This document shows positions 58,414 through 64,000 of a stretch of DNA of 64,000 bases, piece by piece. Below the pieces are notes generated by a model. It had not been told where the DNA came from, did not search any database, and saw nothing but the letters and a program-made list of their open reading frames with translations. Each line of letters opens with the position of its first letter. Position 1 is the first letter of the stretch. The position numbers and the translations under genes were made by a program. The DNA is from a virus. The stretch lies in IMG/VR virus record IMGVR_UViG_3300042398_001385, positions 1 to 64,000 of that record; one strand, 5' to 3'.

Positions 58414-61014
58414 TTATGCTTCAGATTCTTCTTCTCCTTCAGCTTTAGCTCCAGAGGATGCTGATACAACTGAATCAGTGATTTCTTCCATAGATTCAGA
58501 TAATTTTTCTAAATCCTCTTCAGTTATGTATTTAAGATTCTCTGAAAGCTTAGGTTCGTTAGCATTTAATTTTCCTACTGCTGCAACACAAGCGTCTTTA
58601 GCATTTTCAAATTCTATTGGTGCTCCATTGATAGGATTTCGGGTTTTAAATGATTTAGGGAATGAAGGAATAGTGTCCATATCAGTAACCATATCTTTAA
58701 AGAATCCTCCAGCTCCACCAGAAGTGATAGAAGCTATATCACCTTCTAAGCTTCCGCCTCCAAATGATGAATATTGTCTTTTAACTAAACTCCATACTGA
58801 AACTGCTTTACCGTCTCCTGTATCAGTAAATGTACCTCTACAAAGAATAAGGGTAGAGTATATTGCTAGTAAGTCTTGCGAAGATACGGTACCACCTAAG
58901 CTGTTGTATAAACCTCTAGCCATTGCTCTAACTGCTATTTCTTCTATGAATCCATTAAATACTAATACAGCGACCGTTTTTCTATCGCTTCCTGCCCATT
59001 TTGCTATAGTGGTTCCTCCGATTATTCCACCTCCCCATAAAATACTAGCACCTACTGCTCCACTACCTAAAGTTGCTGCTGTAGCCATACCTGTACCTAC
59101 TGCACCTGCTGTAAATGTTGTTGTTGCAGCACCTGCTCCTATCGTTGCTGCTGCTGCTGCAGATCCTACTCCCCAAGTAAGTACTCCTGCTCCTATAATA
59201 ATACCAGCAACTAATGCTCCTTTAGCTACATCGCCAAACCATTCTGCCCAGCTTTCGTCGTATAATAATCCATATGTTCCATCGTCTACTGGTTTTAAAC
59301 CTTTCCATTTTATTTCTTCTCCAGTTGCGCCAGTTTCTCCAGTTGTACCAGTTTCTCCAGTTGCACCACCAGTTGCACCAACACAATCAAGAACTTTTCC
59401 TTGTTCTAGAGATTTCTTAACGCAATTATCAACGATTTTTTTCTTTCCTATATTAGGATCTGGAACTACTGCCTTAGCTCCGGGAGTTTCTTCAGATTTA
59501 CCCCTTAATCTATCAAATACGTTTTCTTCGTCTAATTTTCTAAAGCTATATGATTCTTCTATAACTGAATAGAAATCCTCGAAAGATAAAATAGGAGATC
59601 CTTTTATCTCTTCTCTTTCTTGGATCTTTTCGTCGATTTCCATTTCTTCGAAATCGTCAAAATAATATCTACCGTAACTTCCTTCAAAAACTATAGATGT
59701 AGTATCTATATCTGTAGAATTAAGAGCCATTAATTGATCGTACATATCCTGAGTTAAATCAGAAGTTAAAGCTTGACCTGATTGACCTGATAAATATCCC
59801 CATACTATATTTACTACTGCTGCAGTACCTTTACCGTATATTTTGTCTTGACCTCCAAATTTTGCTAAATATGTATTTGCTGAAGGAATTAATTCCATTA
59901 ATTTTTTCTGAAGATCCCCTATTTGTGTACATTTGTTATTAAGTTTAACAGGGAATGTACAATCTTTAACTGGTAGAGGTGTAACTTTCTTTTTCTTCTT
60001 AACAACTTCTTCTTCACCTGTTGCAACATCTACACATTTTCCTAATGATTTGTCGTAAACCTGTCCTGGAGGACAAACAGGATCTGCAGTTACTGGTTGT
60101 TCTATATTAGTAAGAGATGCTTTTAATCTTTCGTATTCTTTTTTCTGTCTAATAATTTCATTTACTAGATCGTCTTGCTTTCTCTTATATTCCCCAGCTT
60201 TAAATTCTCCTGAAGGAGTAACAATTTTTCCTCCTAAAGCACCTGCTCTGTCTACCATTTGTAGTTCTTGTGCTTTTTTATAAAGAGAATCTGCAATTTC
60301 TTTGTATCTTTTTATATCTGAATTATCCTTCAAATTTGGTAAGTATTTGTCTCTGTCTACCATACCAACAAAAGAATTTGCTGCATCTAACGATTCTTTA
60401 GATTTGTTAAAAGCCTGTCCTCTAAATTCTCCATCTGTAGCATCAGCTTCGTCTCCAGTTTTTCTTTTTTCAGATAAACCTTCTTTAACTACCAATCCCT
60501 TTTTAATTACTTCTCCGAAAAGTTTAGGATTAGTTTTTCTCATCTGATTTTCTCTGTCTTTTAAATCGTTAGAGAAGTTTTCAAGAACTTTAGCTATAGT
60601 ATCGTTTTTAATACTCTTATACATTTTAGGATCTCCTAGAACAGCTTCTACTTCACCGCTTAGTATACTAGTAATCATTTTTAGGTTTGAATCGTAAGCT
60701 TGTTTTTGACCTGGGTCCAATACTGCTAATGATTCTATAAAAGAAATAAGATACTGTCTAAAAGATCCAAAATTATCTGTTGACAGAATTTTATTTTTTA
60801 TAGATTCAAATCCTCTAACAGTTTTAGCATCCTCCATTTTGGAAGATAGTATTAAACTAAAAAGAGTATTTAAAGCAGTAACAACAGCTGTCATTGTGTC
60901 GATAGCTTTTGTTTTTCTTGATGTTCTTTCTCCTTCGTTAAGTGAGCTTCTTAAACTCTCGAAAACTGGGTTAATTCCGCCGTAGATGTCTTTTTTCATA
61001 TTATTATTATTCAT
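58414..61014 (-). CDS. Putative virion protein with peptidoglycan-binding-like domain and Gly/Ala hydrophobic tract
   Basis: IGDLQKKL...DKIYGKGTAAVV (PG_binding_1-like), CPPGQVYDKSLGKCV, internal ILSFEDF motif, ~70-aa uncharged Gly/Ala tract. Confidence 0.6.
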   Translation of the reverse strand: MNNNNMKKDIYGGINPVFESLRSSLNEGERTSRKTKAIDTMTAVVTALNTLFSLILSSKMEDAKTVRGFESIKNKILSTDNFGSFRQYLISFIESLAVLDPGQKQAYDSNLKMITSILSGEVEAVLGDPKMYKSIKNDTIAKVLENFSNDLKDRENQMRKTNPKLFGEVIKKGLVVKEGLSEKRKTGDEADATDGEFRGQAFNKSKESLDAANSFVGMVDRDKYLPNLKDNSDIKRYKEIADSLYKKAQELQMVDRAGALGGKIVTPSGEFKAGEYKRKQDDLVNEIIRQKKEYERLKASLTNIEQPVTADPVCPPGQVYDKSLGKCVDVATGEEEVVKKKKKVTPLPVKDCTFPVKLNNKCTQIGDLQKKLMELIPSANTYLAKFGGQDKIYGKGTAAVVNIVWGYLSGQSGQALTSDLTQDMYDQLMALNSTDIDTTSIVFEGSYGRYYFDDFEEMEIDEKIQEREEIKGSPILSFEDFYSVIEESYSFRKLDEENVFDRLRGKSEETPGAKAVVPDPNIGKKKIVDNCVKKSLEQGKVLDCVGATGGATGETGTTGETGATGEEIKWKGLKPVDDGTYGLLYDESWAEWFGDVAKGALVAGIIIGAGVLTWGVGSAAAAATIGAGAATTTFTAGAVGTGMATAATLGSGAVGASILWGGGIIGGTTIAKWAGSDRKTVAVLVFNGFIEEIAVRAMARGLYNSLGGTVSSQDLLAIYSTLILCRGTFTDTGDGKAVSVWSLVKRQYSSFGGGSLEGDIASITSGGAGGFFKDMVTDMDTIPSFPKSFKTRNPINGAPIEFENAKDACVAAVGKLNANEPKLSENLKYITEEDLEKLSESMEEITDSVVSASSGAKAEGEEESEA

Positions 61015-61801
61015 TGTATATATTTGAATATGCTTTAGAGATTAACTCTATTATCTTTTCTATATATCCTTCATTTCTTAATTTTTTAAATGCTAGATTT
61101 TCAACGGAAAATTCCCCTTCCCTCTCCAATCCTTCCTTTCGCATTTTCATTATTTTTTTCTTTATTTCTAAAGAATGATTATAGAGTTCAACCTCAGTAG
61201 CGGTTGAAAAATCGGATGCTGCCATTAGATTTTCCATCTTTAGTATATCTGAAACGATACCTTGAAATTTTAAATCTACGTCTTTGTAGTCAATCTCTGG
61301 TGGATTATACTTAGGAACTCTGATCCATTCGTTATTTAATAAAGAATATAAACCAGATGCAGTATGTGGCTCGTTGATGCCCTGTACGTATAATTCTACG
61401 TCGAATCCTCTTATTTTTATTTTGTGTCTAAGATTCCATATAAATCTTACACCATCAACTGCTTTTTTAACAAGGGTAAAGTTGTCATCAATCTCATTGA
61501 AGTCTATTAGAACATGTACGTCTAAATCAGATTTGTCTGTCCAGTTATAATTGGCTAAGGAACCAGTTAGTTGGATATCTCTTATTTCTGGATCGAATCC
61601 TAGTGATGAATAAAAATCGTTAGCTAACTCAATAAGTTTTTTTCTTAGTTTCTGGTCAAATTCATAATTTTCTGCTCCAGCACTTTCGGGAAGATCCTCA
61701 CTAATTTTTTTCCAGAATGACGGATTTAATTCTTTTTTATAAAAATCACTCCTTTCCTCGTTTTCTAGAACCCAAGAATAAAAATTTAAAATGTTTTTCA
61801 A
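61007..61801 (-). CDS. Pol-beta-superfamily nucleotidyltransferase with capsid-targeting-like N-terminus
   Basis: LTGSLANYNW..SDLDVHV and DVELY give the GS...DxD...D/E triad; MKNILNFYSWVLEN start (TTG). Confidence 0.75.
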   Translation of the reverse strand: MKNILNFYSWVLENEERSDFYKKELNPSFWKKISEDLPESAGAENYEFDQKLRKKLIELANDFYSSLGFDPEIRDIQLTGSLANYNWTDKSDLDVHVLIDFNEIDDNFTLVKKAVDGVRFIWNLRHKIKIRGFDVELYVQGINEPHTASGLYSLLNNEWIRVPKYNPPEIDYKDVDLKFQGIVSDILKMENLMAASDFSTATEVELYNHSLEIKKKIMKMRKEGLEREGEFSVENLAFKKLRNEGYIEKIIELISKAYSNIYNE

Positions 61802-61821
61802 ATCTGGATATTACTTTAACG

Positions 61822-61829
61822 TATATATC
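61822..61829 (-). promoter_or_regulatory. GATATATA late-promoter motif
   Basis: 20 nt upstream of the NTase start. Confidence 0.6.
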
Positions 61830-61843
61830 CAGACCTAGAATCT

Positions 61844-62539
61844 TTATGCTGTCATTCTCTTAAAACAATTCATTGTACAAACAACATCTTGTTCACAGTA
61901 TGATTTTATCTCTTCTGATTTTCCACTCCAGTAAAATTCATGTACCTGGGATCCTTCCATATTATCTTTAGATGTAGGTACTCCTAAAACATGTGATATT
62001 AGATCCAGTGAAGAAAAAGTTTGTCCCCATGCACCAAATGCAAATATTTCAGCAAGATCTAAAAAAGAAGTCTCCCATGGTTTTTTATTCCATGTTTGTA
62101 TAATAGGATCAGGAGTTATATTGTTTATTAACATTCTTTTACCCATATACGGAACATCGAAATTTTTTATATTTTGACCAGCTAATTTATACGATTTGGA
62201 TCTTGAATTAGCCAATACTTTATTTGTTTTTTCTAGTATGTCTTTTTCATCCTCCCCGTAAAAGCTTGTTAATCTCTCAACTCCTTCAGGAGTAAAGACA
62301 CCAAATGTAACACATACTATTCTACCAAATTCTGGGTGTAATGATGATCTGTTTATCCATAAATCGCTAGGATCTGTAGATTCTCCAGGCTCTACTTGCT
62401 TTTGTAGCCATTTACATCTTTTAACCCATAGTTCTGCCAAATGAGGGTCATTGGATTTTAGTTCTTCTAGTGTTGGATATAATCCTGCGGTTTCAATATC
62501 GAAAAAAATTGAACCATCTATTATTCCTTGGTGTAGCAT
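61844..62539 (-). CDS. Stand-alone PolB-related 3'-5' exonuclease (DEDD)
   Basis: FFDIET, LHPEFGRIVCV, GQNIKNFDVPY, SYCEQDV. Confidence 0.85.
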   Translation of the reverse strand: MLHQGIIDGSIFFDIETAGLYPTLEELKSNDPHLAELWVKRCKWLQKQVEPGESTDPSDLWINRSSLHPEFGRIVCVTFGVFTPEGVERLTSFYGEDEKDILEKTNKVLANSRSKSYKLAGQNIKNFDVPYMGKRMLINNITPDPIIQTWNKKPWETSFLDLAEIFAFGAWGQTFSSLDLISHVLGVPTSKDNMEGSQVHEFYWSGKSEEIKSYCEQDVVCTMNCFKRMTA

Positions 62540-62547
62540 GATATATA
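62540..62547 (+). promoter_or_regulatory. GATATATA late-promoter motif
   Basis: 6 nt upstream of ATG 62554. Confidence 0.6.
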
Positions 62548-62553
62548 GTTTAT

Positions 62554-62820
62554 ATGGAAAAATACGGGTATAAAAACATAAGCTCTAGAAACGAATTCGA
62601 AAAAGCATCTAAGAGAGACGGACGTGTTGATCACGGACCTGTAGTAGGAGACGAGCTTACCACATATGACTTCGTAGATCTTAAGAAAAAGGGAGACTGG
62701 GGAATGCCAGGACAGACTAGATATTATGTAAAAACTATCGAAGATCTTATAAAGGCCAACGACAAGATGAGTAAGTCTATTACAAATGAAAGAAAGCCTA
62801 AAGGATACGTTGCCTGGTAA
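62554..62820 (+). CDS. Hypothetical protein
   Basis: 88-aa ORF with late motif; fills the gap between minus-strand genes. Confidence 0.65.
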   Translation: MEKYGYKNISSRNEFEKASKRDGRVDHGPVVGDELTTYDFVDLKKKGDWGMPGQTRYYVKTIEDLIKANDKMSKSITNERKPKGYVAW

Positions 62821-62830
62821 AAATCCTTTC

Positions 62831-63628
62831 CTAGTTAGGCTCTGGCAAATTATTATCAAAAGCAACATCTATTATTAAATTATAAGGATTTAAATCTTGT
62901 ATTGTTATTGTTTCCTCTTGACTGGAAGGACAGTAGAACATTATAGGATTAGATCTTTCTGCCCAAGTGGAAGCAGCCAAAAATAAGCTTTCTTTATATG
63001 TTAGTCCTCCTTGGTTGGTTCTGTGTGATCCTGTTCTAAATATTATTGGTATTTTTTTCTCTATGTAGGTTACAGATAATAGATCTTTTACGGAAAATAA
63101 ACTAGGCTTTTCGTCGTTTATTATTGCTATCTGCTTTTGTACTCTCCAAGGAAGTGTATCAAAGAACTTACAAAAGTCCATCATACTTTTTCTTCGGTTC
63201 CCATTAGCTCCTCCGATATGACATATTAATGGTATATCAAATCTTCCAGCATCTATTTCATTTATAAAATTACCTATCTTTAATATTTCTGATTTAGATT
63301 TTTTCTTTGAATCCGCATCTGTTGATATGACATGGTTTTTACTTTTTATATAAAAAGCTATTCTTATTTCTAAATCATCAATATAATGAAAAAATCTTTC
63401 CTTCTCAAATTCTGTAACGTCTGTTGATAAATCTATATCTTTTTCAGATAACTCAACTATAAACAATTTATATCCTATAGACAGATACATTTTTATCTGG
63501 TCACAAACTATACGGGACAAAGAATTGTCCCTGTGTTTTCCCTCTGGAATTCTTATTACAATACCATTTCTTATTGATTCCATAACTTTTTTAGTGTGAA
63601 AAGAAAATAAGTTTCTATAGGGAATCAA
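62831..63628 (-). CDS. uvsE: Divergent UV-damage endonuclease (UvsE/UvdE)-like protein
   Basis: HIGGANGNR...FCKFFDTL...IAIINDEKPSLFSVKDLL...IPIIF follows the UvsE pattern, but metal ligands look substituted. Confidence 0.55.
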   Translation of the reverse strand: MIPYRNLFSFHTKKVMESIRNGIVIRIPEGKHRDNSLSRIVCDQIKMYLSIGYKLFIVELSEKDIDLSTDVTEFEKERFFHYIDDLEIRIAFYIKSKNHVISTDADSKKKSKSEILKIGNFINEIDAGRFDIPLICHIGGANGNRRKSMMDFCKFFDTLPWRVQKQIAIINDEKPSLFSVKDLLSVTYIEKKIPIIFRTGSHRTNQGGLTYKESLFLAASTWAERSNPIMFYCPSSQEETITIQDLNPYNLIIDVAFDNNLPEPN

Positions 63629-64000
63629 ATTGATCCAAATCCATTTTGGGCCAGGATTCTAGTAAACTTATGGGCGAAAGGTTAGCAACCTTTACTCCTC
63701 TTTTTTCTAAATTATTTCTTAATACTGAATATTCTAAATCTATATTCCTTATGTGCTTAGATAATTTGTGAGATCCTGTATTTGAAAAGAAGTGATCGTT
63801 GGTAAAATCAACTCCAACCATTCCTATTTTTTTAGCTCCTAATTGATAAGCTATTATTATAGCCATATAAGGAGAGTTCATTGTATAATCTACTAGGCTT
63901 AAATTATCTAAATTTGGATTGTTTCTTGAGCCTATTTTAATTTTAGATATATTAGAAGATCTTGTTATAGGTCCAGGATTTTCTAAATGAGTAAATATTA
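63615..64000 (-). CDS. Partial CDS, DUF115/Maf-like (MptE-like) sugar-transfer-associated protein
   Basis: Frame is open to the window end; SPYMAIIIAYQLGAKKIGMVGVDF motif. Confidence 0.6.
   Translation of the reverse strand, partial: IFTHLENPGPITRSSNISKIKIGSRNNPNLDNLSLVDYTMNSPYMAIIIAYQLGAKKIGMVGVDFTNDHFFSNTGSHKLSKHIRNIDLEYSVLRNNLEKRGVKVANLSPISLLESWPKMDLDQFDSL

Noticed and set aside
58478-59572. 364-aa plus-strand ORF
   Set aside because: Antisense to the Gly/Ala-rich part of the 866-aa gene; no motifs of its own
1-64000. Stop-codon reassignment, tRNA/rRNA genes, introns/inteins, eukaryotic giant virus origin
   Set aside because: Genes are full length under code 11 with TAA, TAG and TGA all used as stops. 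Intergenic gaps are short and no cloverleaf or intein motif was recognised by eye. The capsid and baseplate are T4-like, not NCLDV.

Overview
AT-rich, gene-dense segment of a large tailed phage (T4-like jumbo myophage), read with the standard genetic code and mostly on the minus strand. A Bacteroidota host is inferred from A-rich leaders without Shine-Dalgarno sequences and from Bacteroidota-type genes. Layout: (1) 1-25 kb, a baseplate/neck module with a >2136-aa beta-propeller tail protein missing from the ORF track, gp6-, gp25-, gp13-, gp5-, hub-, gp53- and gp48/54-like genes, interrupted by a ribosomal-protein-S1-like gene and an amidoligase. (2) 26.9-42.3 kb, a 20-gene glycan operon: KdsA/KdsD, Gmd/Fcl, GT11 fucosyltransferase, DXD-type GT6, GT2/GT7-like and other transferases, a pyruvyltransferase and six methyltransferases, with no flippase, polymerase or initiating transferase. 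(3) 43-62 kb, a head module: gp23-like major capsid, a prohead protease fused to a 14-aa-repeat scaffold, and many proteins with T4 capsid-targeting-like N-termini, including a poly-Asp/Glu protein and a nucleotidyltransferase; RimK-protease, AsnB-like and kinase genes lie within it. Two recurrent upstream motifs can be read from the DNA: GATATATA before mostly virion/late genes, and GAAA-N19-TAWAAW before non-structural operons. All functional calls come from motif recognition by eye; no database searches were run.
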